Shown here in pieces: positions 9,071 through 16,178 of a stretch of DNA of 64,000 nt. The stretch is from Dehalococcoidia bacterium. Lineage in GTDB: Bacteria; Chloroflexota; Dehalococcoidia; SpSt-223. The translations under genes were made by a program, and so were the position numbers. The notes below the pieces were generated by a model. That model saw only the letters and a program-made list of their open reading frames with translations, was not told the DNA's origin and ran no database searches. Where the stretch lies: the NCBI GenBank assembly GCA_026003895.1, contig BPIC01000003.1, positions 175,148 to 239,147 of the forward strand, written 5' to 3'. Within the stretch, counting starts at the first letter, position 1; each line of letters opens with the position of its first letter.

Positions 9071-9518
9071 CTACCCCGCTGACTGATTGAGCGACACCAG
9101 CGGCACCAGCTGGTTCCCCCCTCTGGGCACCGGCGTGCTCGTCGCCGGCGGGGTCGGACTCGGCGTGCTCGTCGCGTTCGGACCGACCGCCGGCGTGCTC
9201 GTCGCCGTCGGGCTCGGACTCGGCGTACTCGTCGCCGTCGGGGTCGGCGTCACCACAGCAAACGGCAGGCCATTCGAGACACTGTCCGCCGCCTGCCCAT
9301 ACTGCGCCGTCACCGTCACCGTCCCCGCCGTCAGGAGGTCGCTTGCCGGTATCGCCACCGAGAGCGTCGTGCTGTTCAGCACCGTGGGAGACCGGCCTGC
9401 AGCCGCCTAAAGCGCCGCCAGCGTGCGGAGCGGACCGGACATCGGCAAGCCCCGCGCAGACGGCTGCTGTTGTGACTGCCGCCGCGACGAGCGACGTCCA
9501 CCACCCGCGCCCCATCAC
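9071..9518 (-). pseudogene. small secreted protein (signal peptide + IPT/TIG-like strand region + Thr/Pro-rich repeats), apparently frameshifted
   Basis: GTG/ATG 9518/9515 follows GGGGAGGGG and encodes MMGRGWWTSLVAAAVTTAAVCAGLA. The protein-like sequence TLSVAIPASDLLTAGTVTVTAQYGQAADSVSNGLPFAVV plus (TSTPxxxPxA)x4 is in the +1 frame (listed ORF 9071..9382). That frame has an upstream stop at 9407-9409, so the shift must lie in 9383-9406. Confidence 0.35.
9116..9250 (-). repeat. 30-nt tandem repeat x4 (unit GGCGTGCTCGTCGCC... on + strand) encoding a TSTPxxxPxA linker
   Basis: Four consecutive 30-nt units, each starting GGCGT(G/A)CTCGTCGC. They translate on the minus strand to TSTPSPSPTA / TSTPAVGPNA / TSTPSPTPPA / TSTPVPRGG. 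Confidence 0.7.
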
Positions 9519-9717
9519 GTCGGCCCCTCCCCACCGCGTCGCAATGGGGGCGAGTCGAGGGTAGCGTCTCCGACCGCATCAAACGAGCGACGCTCTGTCC
9601 AGTCGCCTCGAGGAGCCGCGGTCTTGTGAAGGAGCGCCGCAAATGCGCGATGCGTGGGAGGGAGGCCGCGCTGTTGCCGTGAGGCGCCGATGGCGCGGCC
9701 CCAGCGATACGAGGAGG

Positions 9718-11205
9718 CTAGGGCGAGGGGGGTTCGTTTGCGGCATGGCGGCCGGCGATCCGGCCGAACACCATCGCCTCGGTGAGGAAGGTGCCGCCCT
9801 GATAGAGGTTTGATTGGGTAGAGCCGAGTTGGCCAGCTTCGTAGAGGCGAGGAATAGGCGCTCCGCTGGGTGTCAAGACCCGTGCTGAGGCATCACGCCG
9901 GCCGCCGCCCGTTGTGCTAACGACGGCAGGCACGATCGGGACGGCGTAGAAGGGAGGAACGACGATGGGGCGCATCGTGGCCGGAGCACGTCCGAAGTCG
10001 GGATCGGAGCCAGCCGCTGCTGCATCGTTAAACCGTTTGACCGTCGCCTCGAGGGCCGCCGGGTCGCGGCCAATCCGCACCGCCAGTTCGGCAAGCGTCG
10101 GCGCCTGCACGATCCAGCCGCGAGCCACCTCCGCGCTGTTGTCCTCGCTCCAGCGATAGCCCAGCATCGCGGTGTTCCAACCAAACCGGGCACTCGCGAA
10201 CCGGGCTTCGCGCCGGCAGGCGTCGTCCATGATGGTGTGGACGGGCAGGACAGTGGCGAGCGGCGAGTCGACCCAATGGCCGTGGACGAGACGGCGGAAA
10301 TGGTTGAACACGGCCGGCCGCCCCTCGGCCCAAAACCGTCGGTCGTCCTTCCCAATGTCGATCCAGCTCTTCCCGTTGAAGCTGATGTCGCGGAAAAACG
10401 CTGCCTCGTACTCGGGCACCTTGACGGCCGGCAGAAAGCCGCCGGTTTGGTTCGGTGTCCGTAAATGCCACATCGCCGCGCCCGCCTTCTGCAGCATCAG
10501 GAGACCGTCGCCGGTATTTGCCGGGGTGCTCAGCGCGTAGGCCTCGGCAACGCCAAAATAGTCACGGTGGAGTTGAAGATTGTTCTCGTAGCCGCCGCAG
10601 CACAGGATGACAGCGCGGCGCCCCCGGATGGCAAGCGTGGCCGCGCCCTCGCGGACCCGCACGCCTTGCACCTCAAGCGTCGCCGGGTCTTGGATCAGGT
10701 CAACCGCAGGCGAGTTGTAGCGGATGCGGACCGGACGCCGATCGAGTTGGGCCTTGAAGGCACGCCACAAGCCATAGGGGACCGGCGGCACCACACCGTA
10801 CCGGAAGCACGAGGCGCCAGGGAAATCCGGATACTCCACGCCAGCCGGCGCATCAGGAGCAATCTCGAGCGTATACCCCACCTCACGGACGAGCCGCGTG
10901 ATCCACTCCTCCAGTTCGACCCGGCCATGGCAAAACGCGAGCAGGACGTCCTCGGGCACGGGGTTTGGTTCATTCAAGGCCCGCTGGTAGGCGATCACGC
11001 CCGAGAGGTCGGTCGGAAGAAAGAGCATATTGCCGGCGCTGCGGCTCGCGCCTCCAGCGAACTCGGGCGGCATCTTCTCGACGATAAGGACGTCGAGCCT
11101 CGGGTCGGTGGCGAGCGCTTCGAGCGCCGCGCTCATGCCAGCAATGCCGAGCCCGACGACCACCACGTCGGCCTCGTCGGCCCACTCGCGCACGCTCAGC
11201 GCCAC
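9718..11205 (-). CDS. FAD-dependent oxidoreductase (FAD_binding_2; fumarate reductase / 3-ketosteroid dehydrogenase-like flavoprotein)
   Basis: N-terminal dinucleotide fold ADVVVVGLGIAGMSAALEA and C-terminal ...YEAGQLGSTQSNLYQGGTFLTEAMVFGRIAG, typical of this flavoprotein family. Confidence 0.8.
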   Translation of the reverse strand: MALSVREWADEADVVVVGLGIAGMSAALEALATDPRLDVLIVEKMPPEFAGGASRSAGNMLFLPTDLSGVIAYQRALNEPNPVPEDVLLAFCHGRVELEEWITRLVREVGYTLEIAPDAPAGVEYPDFPGASCFRYGVVPPVPYGLWRAFKAQLDRRPVRIRYNSPAVDLIQDPATLEVQGVRVREGAATLAIRGRRAVILCCGGYENNLQLHRDYFGVAEAYALSTPANTGDGLLMLQKAGAAMWHLRTPNQTGGFLPAVKVPEYEAAFFRDISFNGKSWIDIGKDDRRFWAEGRPAVFNHFRRLVHGHWVDSPLATVLPVHTIMDDACRREARFASARFGWNTAMLGYRWSEDNSAEVARGWIVQAPTLAELAVRIGRDPAALEATVKRFNDAAAAGSDPDFGRAPATMRPIVVPPFYAVPIVPAVVSTTGGGRRDASARVLTPSGAPIPRLYEAGQLGSTQSNLYQGGTFLTEAMVFGRIAGRHAANEPPSP

Positions 11206-11211
11206 CGCAGG

Positions 11212-12723
11212 TCAAAGAAACGGAGACGGTTGTCGGGGGTACCAGCGGTAGCCTTCCAGATCGCGATGGTGAGCGACATAGAAGCGCGACCAGCAGATTG
11301 GGATGACCGCCGCGTCGGCGTTCAGGATCGCTTGGGCACGGCGGACCGCCTCCTCCCAGCCCTCGCCCGCTTCGGCAATGCCACGCAGCGCGTCGTAGAG
11401 CGCCGGGTTATCGTAGGCGTAACGGACAAGCCGCATCCGACCGGGGCCAAAGTCGTGCATGATGGCGTAGATCGGGTCATAGACGCGATGGCCGCGCCCC
11501 GCCCCGGCTCGGAGCATCAGTGGCGCGAGGTTCGCCTTCGCCATCCCCACGAGGTCCGGTCGGCCACGCGACTGGCCGACGTCGATCGTCACCTCGATCC
11601 CAATCCGCGCCAACCCATCGGCGATCACCCGCGCCGCCACCTCGGCGCCGTCGCCGGCCTGCGCCACCAGCCTTGTCCGGATCGGGCCGACGCCGGCCTC
11701 GTCCAGCAGTCGCTTGGCACGATCAAGGTCCTCGTCGAACGGCCATTCGGCGGGGGCGTAGCCCGGGTTCTCGGGCTGCAGCCAGCTCTTCCAGCGCCGC
11801 GTAGCGCCGAGATAAGCCGTGGCGATCACCTCCTGATACGGGATGGCATGAGCCACGGCACGGCGGACGAGCACCTTGTCGAAAGGCGGTTCGGTCACAT
11901 CGAGATGCAGCGCTACACCGGGCGGGGTATCAGCGGGCGCAATCCGAAGCGACCGATCGGAGCGGAGCGCCACCGCCTCGTCGAGCGTCAGCCCAAGGAC
12001 GAGGTCGACCTCGCCACGACGCAGGGCGTCGATGGTTTCTCCGCGTTCACGAAAACAGCGAAGGCGCGCCTCGGGAATTGCCGCCGGTCCACGCCAATAG
12101 CCCTCCACGGCGCGGAGCACCAGTTCGTCCTCGGCGCGGCCGGCGAGCGTGTAGGGCCCGAAACCAGCGGGCCGCTCGGCGAGGAAGCCCTTTGCCCACG
12201 GGTCGGCCACGGTGCAGTGCGGCAAAACGGCGGCTGTGTCGTAGACGGAAGGCGTGCACTGTGCCATCGCCGCGGGCAGGGCCGGATTCGGGGCTTCGAG
12301 GTGAAACGCGATCGTCAGCCGGTCGAGCACTTCGATCGCTCGCTCGTCGGGGACCGACGAGACGCGCGCTACCCATTTGCCGACGTCGCGCAGCGCGAAG
12401 GCGCGCTCCCAGCCCCAGCGGACGTCTTCGGCAGTGAGCAGGTTGCCGGCGGCGCTCCGCACCCCATCGCGCAACCGAACGATCCACGTTCGCCGGTCGT
12501 CGCTCCACCACCACGCCTCGGCTAAGTCCGCGCGGAGCTGATGCCAGTCGACGCGCCGGACACCGTCCTCTCCGATCGTGCCACGCGGCGAGGTCAACTG
12601 GTCGTACATGTTCTGGAAGAGGTCGGCGCCGAGGTCATTGCGGAAGCCGGCCGGCTGCTCCATGTCGAAATTGGACGGGAGCGCCTCCACGCCGACCGTG
12701 ATGTGACGTCGCATAGCCAGCAT
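11212..12723 (-). CDS. family-5 (peptide/nickel-type) substrate-binding-protein homolog without a signal peptide
   Basis: SBP_bac_5-like over its whole length (WSDDRRTWIVRLRDGVRSAAGNLLTAEDVRWGWERA..., ...PALYDALR..., ...ICWSRFYVAHHRDLEGYRW). The likely start is ATG 12723 or 12714 (MLAMRRHITVGVE), and neither gives a hydrophobic leader. The gene is 6 nt upstream of the FAD oxidoreductase. Confidence 0.7.
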   Translation of the reverse strand: MLAMRRHITVGVEALPSNFDMEQPAGFRNDLGADLFQNMYDQLTSPRGTIGEDGVRRVDWHQLRADLAEAWWWSDDRRTWIVRLRDGVRSAAGNLLTAEDVRWGWERAFALRDVGKWVARVSSVPDERAIEVLDRLTIAFHLEAPNPALPAAMAQCTPSVYDTAAVLPHCTVADPWAKGFLAERPAGFGPYTLAGRAEDELVLRAVEGYWRGPAAIPEARLRCFRERGETIDALRRGEVDLVLGLTLDEAVALRSDRSLRIAPADTPPGVALHLDVTEPPFDKVLVRRAVAHAIPYQEVIATAYLGATRRWKSWLQPENPGYAPAEWPFDEDLDRAKRLLDEAGVGPIRTRLVAQAGDGAEVAARVIADGLARIGIEVTIDVGQSRGRPDLVGMAKANLAPLMLRAGAGRGHRVYDPIYAIMHDFGPGRMRLVRYAYDNPALYDALRGIAEAGEGWEEAVRRAQAILNADAAVIPICWSRFYVAHHRDLEGYRWYPRQPSPFL

Positions 12724-12857
12724 CCTGCCGGAACCCCGTTCCCCTGTCAAGCGAGGCCTGCGGTCGTCGAGGGCCTCTCGTGCCGCACCGCCCAAACCTT
12801 GTGTCGAACACGCCAAATCGCGTAGTAGAGAAACCAACGTTGGGATGTAGGAGCCTC

Positions 12858-13400
12858 ATGATTCGCCAAGAAGTAATCGCCTGCGACGACCAAGGACGGC
12901 CAACCGGAGCGTATGTGGACCGCGTCGAGGCGCACCGCGGCGCAGGACAGCGGCATCTTGCGATCGTCGTCCTGCTGCTTGATCCACGGGGGCGGGCGCT
13001 GTTGCAACGGCGTAAACACCCGCTCTTTGACGGCTTGTGGGACCTGACCGGGGCGACCCACCCGCTGCGTCGCCCCGGCGGACCGGACGAAACCCTCGAG
13101 GAGGCAGCCGAGCGTTGCCTCGACCAGGAATACGCCGTGACCGGTCGGGTCGACGATCTGCGCCCGATCGGCGGGTTTGCCTACTTCGCGCCGGATGGCG
13201 AGCACTGCGAGAACGAGTATTGCTATGTCGTCGCCGGCCGGCTCGTCGGGACGATCGCGGCCAAGGAGGCGGCAGCATACGAGATGCGCTGGCTGCCGCT
13301 CGCCGAGCTGCAGCACGAGCTGGACGCGGCCTCGGGAGCGTTCACGCCGTGGGCGATTGCGAGCAAGAGGATCATCGCCGGCCTCGCGGCGACCTCTTGA
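12858..13400 (+). CDS. isopentenyl-diphosphate isomerase (type 1)-like NUDIX-fold protein
   Basis: ATG 12858 follows GTAGGAG. Matches to E. coli Idi blocks: AHRGAGQRHLAIVV matches AHTADTRLHLAFSS, ENEYCYVV matches ENEVCPVF, and FTPWAI matches FSPWMV. The Idi catalytic Cys (SVCGHP) aligns to GATHP here. Confidence 0.65.
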   Translation: MIRQEVIACDDQGRPTGAYVDRVEAHRGAGQRHLAIVVLLLDPRGRALLQRRKHPLFDGLWDLTGATHPLRRPGGPDETLEEAAERCLDQEYAVTGRVDDLRPIGGFAYFAPDGEHCENEYCYVVAGRLVGTIAAKEAAAYEMRWLPLAELQHELDAASGAFTPWAIASKRIIAGLAATS

Positions 13401-13425
13401 CAAACGCCGTCAGGAGGAGTAGTCT
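13397..13425 (+). promoter_or_regulatory. sigma70-like promoter (TTGACA-17-TAGTCT)
   Basis: TTGACA at 13397-13402 overlaps the stop of the preceding gene. A 17-nt spacer follows, then TAGTCT at 13420-13425. The predicted TSS is near 13432. Confidence 0.4.
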
Positions 13426-13488
13426 GGTGCTGTAAGGTACAGGCGTTCCTCGGAGCGCCGAGTATCGACCGGCAAGGAGGCTCAGGTG

Positions 13489-13545
13489 ATGATGCCTCGC
13501 AAGACTCCGCTCTCGTTCTTCGGGAGATTTCAAGTCGACAGGTAA
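13489..13545 (+). CDS. 18-codon small ORF (MMPRKTPLSFFGRFQVDR) inside the candidate RNA
   Basis: AAGGAGG at 13474-13480 lies 5 nt before GTG 13486 and 8 nt before ATG 13489. The TAA at 13543-13545 is immediately followed by a long hairpin. Confidence 0.3.
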   Translation: MMPRKTPLSFFGRFQVDR

Positions 13546-13715
13546 CGCCCTACGCCACGGTGGTGTAGGGCGGTAGCCGGGAGCCCGCTTCGGGGGCGAC
13601 ACCGCAGCCGGCAGTCTCAATCGTCTTACGTGACGACCTTGCTGAGACGCCAAGCCGCCTCAGGCCCCGCGGTCAACGGGCTTTCGAAGCGGGATTTTGG
13701 AACCACGGATCGTTC

Positions 13716-13746
13716 GGGCGGCGCACTTGCGCCGCCCTTTCGTTTG
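13716..13746 (+). terminator. intrinsic terminator
   Basis: Perfect 9-bp GC stem GGGCGGCGC / GCGCCGCCC with loop ACTT, followed by TTTCGTTTG. Confidence 0.7.
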
Positions 13747-13753
13747 CCGCGCG

Positions 13754-13783
13754 TTGACGCTCTCCGCGGACCGCTCGTAGGAT
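13754..13783 (+). promoter_or_regulatory. sigma70-like promoter for npdG (TTGACG-18-TAGGAT)
   Basis: The hexamers and spacing sit directly after the terminator and about 30 nt before the GGAGACGGAG SD sequence of the 13812 gene. Confidence 0.4.
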
Positions 13784-13811
13784 CTCCCCACTTTTGGCCG
13801 GGAGACGGAGC

Positions 13812-14495
13812 ATGGCAGGTGCGCGGACGATTGCGGTGTTGGGCGGTACGGGCGATCAAGGCTACGGGCTGGCATTGCGCTGGGTGAAGGCGGGGGAGCA
13901 CGTTCTGATCGGCTCGCGCGTTGCTGAGCGCGCCGAGGAGGCGGCCCGCAACATCCGCGAGGCACTCGGCGGCCAAGGCACGATCGAGGGCCGCGAGAAC
14001 CCTGCCGCCGTCGCCGAGGCCGACATCGTCGTCGTTTCGGTGCCCTTTTCGGCGCAGGCCACGACGCTCAAGACCTGCCGTGATTCATTCCGCGAGGGAC
14101 AGATCCTGTGCGACCTCACCGTCGCCCTCGCGAGCAATATCGGCGGCCCCGCGACCCGCATGATCATTCCGCCGCAGGGTTCCGCTGCCGAGCAGGCAGC
14201 CGATTTGGTTCCGAAAGGCGTGAAAGTCGTCTCCGCGTTCCAAAATGTCTCCGCGGAAGCGCTTGCCAATCTCGACGAAGAGATCGAGTGCGATGTGATT
14301 GTCTGCGGCGCGAACGATGCCAAACCAGTGATTCGCGACCTCATTCACCACCTGCCCGGCGCCCGCTACGTCGACGGCGGGCCGCTTTACAACTCGCGCA
14401 TCGTCGAGTCGATCACTGCGCTGCTGATCGGCTTCAACATCCGCTATAAGGTGCCGCACAGCGGTATCCGCATCACTGGCATCCCGGCAGCGTAG
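13812..14495 (+). CDS. npdG: NADPH-dependent F420 reductase (F420H2:NADP+ oxidoreductase)
   Basis: MAGARTIAVLGGTGDQGYGLALRW Rossmann start, with ...VVVSVPF...AEQAA...VKVVSAFQNV...CDVIVCGAND..., typical of NpdG/Fno. The ATG follows GGAGACGGAG. Confidence 0.85.
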   Translation: MAGARTIAVLGGTGDQGYGLALRWVKAGEHVLIGSRVAERAEEAARNIREALGGQGTIEGRENPAAVAEADIVVVSVPFSAQATTLKTCRDSFREGQILCDLTVALASNIGGPATRMIIPPQGSAAEQAADLVPKGVKVVSAFQNVSAEALANLDEEIECDVIVCGANDAKPVIRDLIHHLPGARYVDGGPLYNSRIVESITALLIGFNIRYKVPHSGIRITGIPAA

Positions 14496-14665
14496 GGCGC
14501 ACCCGCGCCACGGGTCACCTGCTGTCCAAACGCATTACGGAGACGGGAACGCGCTGCATTCCTGAGGGGATCCGGATGCGTGTGCTCCCCACAGGCCGGG
14601 ACGCTCCGGCGTCGCTCTCCGGGGAGTGGTACGATCGCCGAAGCCGGCAGGGGAAGGGGGCAAGG

Positions 14666-15250
14666 GTGAGCAAGATCGGCCGCGCGATCACCAGCTATCT
14701 CGAACGGCAGGGGTGGGACGTCGAGCAGGACGGAGACGAGGAGATTTTCACCTTCGCGTGGCAGGGAGTCGGGCAGCAATATCACACCATCATCTCGGTC
14801 ACGCCCTTTGGCGAGCCGGCGATGTATGCCATCATGATTCGCTCGATGCTCCCGGTCGAAGCATCCAAGGCGCATGTCCCCAAGCTGCTCGACCTGATGA
14901 ACCGCATCAACGTTGCCTTTCCCTACGGGAATTTCGTCCTCGACACGATCAGCGAGAGCTATGCCCTAATGGCTGAGACCCAGTTGTTTCTACCAAATGA
15001 TTCGCTCAACCAGCCGCTCTTCGAACAGGTGCTTGACGCGTCGATGGAGATGGCAGAGTTTTATCAGCCCGCTTTCGACGGTGTCGTCACCAAGAAGATG
15101 ACGATCGATCAAGCGTTGGATCTCGTCCTGCAGGATGAGGCGCTCCTCGACGAGATCGAAGAGACAACAGCCAAGTCTGCCCCGCGAAACGCGCCCGACC
15201 GGCCGGAGCAGCCGGCGCCGCCGAAACGCGGCAAACGGGCGAACCGCTAG
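14666..15250 (+). CDS. YbjN-domain (putative sensory transduction / T3SS-chaperone-like) protein
   Basis: Starts at GTG after GGGGAAGGGGG. Sequence SKIGRAITSYLERQGWDVEQDGDEEIFTFAWQG...YAIMIRSMLPV...LLDLMNRINVAFPYGNFVLD is the YbjN pattern. The C-terminal tail is basic. Confidence 0.7.
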   Translation: MSKIGRAITSYLERQGWDVEQDGDEEIFTFAWQGVGQQYHTIISVTPFGEPAMYAIMIRSMLPVEASKAHVPKLLDLMNRINVAFPYGNFVLDTISESYALMAETQLFLPNDSLNQPLFEQVLDASMEMAEFYQPAFDGVVTKKMTIDQALDLVLQDEALLDEIEETTAKSAPRNAPDRPEQPAPPKRGKRANR

Positions 15251-16080
15251 AGCGATCGCGTTACCGGAACCGCCGCACCGCCGTTCCTCGCCGAAAGCGC
15301 AAGTCCCCCGCCGATGATGGCGATCGCCGCGAAAAGCGCGAGCCACGCGAGCGTGTTCGGCGCGGTCCAGATGACCCGGTTCAGTCCGATGTCGGTCTTG
15401 ACCAGCCCGACAATCGCGACCACACCGAGGGTAAACGCCGTCAGCCCGAGCGTCAGCCGCTCGAGGCGCGACCCGACGCGGCTCAGGATGAGCGATGCGA
15501 CGGCAAGGGTGAGGAAGTTCGCGCCATACATCCGGCCGTTGAAGGCGTCGATCGGCCAAGGCCACCAACTATTCGTTTCGAGCGGCGCGACGAGCATCGC
15601 GAGACCATACAGGCCGAGTGCCGCTGCCTGAATCAGGAGCAGCAGCCGCCAGAGAGGAGGTGTTGGCAAGGCACCCACCGGCGGCCAATGCCGATACCAC
15701 CAGAGATGGACCGCCGTGACCAGGGGCAGAGCAAGATAGAGCGCGAGCCAGACGTAGGTCCCAATGCGGTCCCACAGCAGCGAACCGAATCCGACGAGGG
15801 AGATGATGAGGACATAGCCGGTGAAGACCCCGATCATCGGCATCACCAAGCGGCCCGGGTTCCAGCGTCCGACCCACGCGAAGATGACGAGCGGGACCCA
15901 CGCGGCGAAGTAGGTCGCGCCGACGAACATCGCGTTGAACGGTGTCAGCGCCCACGGCCAGAAGGGCGTGACCAGCGCCGGCACGGTGTACAGCCCGGCG
16001 GCCCCGCCGACGACGATCACCTCGACCCACGTGAAGATCAGCACCAAAAGCGAGACGCGAGGGTTCTCCCGTTCCACCAT
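15247..16080 (-). CDS. integral membrane protein of unknown function (about 8 TM helices, Trp-rich)
   Basis: ATG 16080 (MVERENPRVSLLVLIFTWVEV...) follows GGAGGTG. The protein is continuously hydrophobic. The longer listed ORF to 16191 adds only a non-membrane leader. Confidence 0.65.
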   Translation of the reverse strand: MVERENPRVSLLVLIFTWVEVIVVGGAAGLYTVPALVTPFWPWALTPFNAMFVGATYFAAWVPLVIFAWVGRWNPGRLVMPMIGVFTGYVLIISLVGFGSLLWDRIGTYVWLALYLALPLVTAVHLWWYRHWPPVGALPTPPLWRLLLLIQAAALGLYGLAMLVAPLETNSWWPWPIDAFNGRMYGANFLTLAVASLILSRVGSRLERLTLGLTAFTLGVVAIVGLVKTDIGLNRVIWTAPNTLAWLALFAAIAIIGGGLALSARNGGAAVPVTRSL

Positions 16081-16178
16081 TGCCGCACCTCCGTCGTACC
16101 CCAATGAGCGTCCATGATACGCGCCCGCTCGTCCGGGTGTACCCTGCACCGATCGCGTCGTGAAAAAGGAGGACGGAG

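Larger units (their letters stand above)
13432..13746 (+). ncRNA. candidate small structured RNA / dual-function transcript of unknown family
   Basis: Bounded by the promoter above and the terminator at 13716-13746. Internal hairpins are CTCGG-AGCG-CCGAG (13449-13462) and CGCCCTAC...GTAGGGCG (13546-13572), with further GC-rich stems. No ORF of 60 aa or more here looks protein-like. I found no match to the tmRNA, RNase P or SRP signature motifs I know. Confidence 0.35.

Noticed and set aside
10465-12525. 686-aa ORF on the plus strand, the longest such ORF in the region
   Set aside because: It runs antisense across the FAD oxidoreductase and the SBP homolog, both of which have clear family blocks. 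The composition is Arg/Gly/His-rich and low in information, and there is no SD sequence.
13430-13750. Possibility that the structured intergenic RNA is tmRNA, RNase P RNA, SRP RNA or a known riboswitch
   Set aside because: I could not find the signature sequences. There is no GGGG...UUCGAC 5' end or T-arm/CCA 3' end with an ...ALAA tag (tmRNA). There is no GAGGAAAGUCC (RNase P) and no GGAAGCAGC (SRP). There is no convincing TPP, B12-box or T-box core. It is kept as an unknown candidate pending an Rfam scan.
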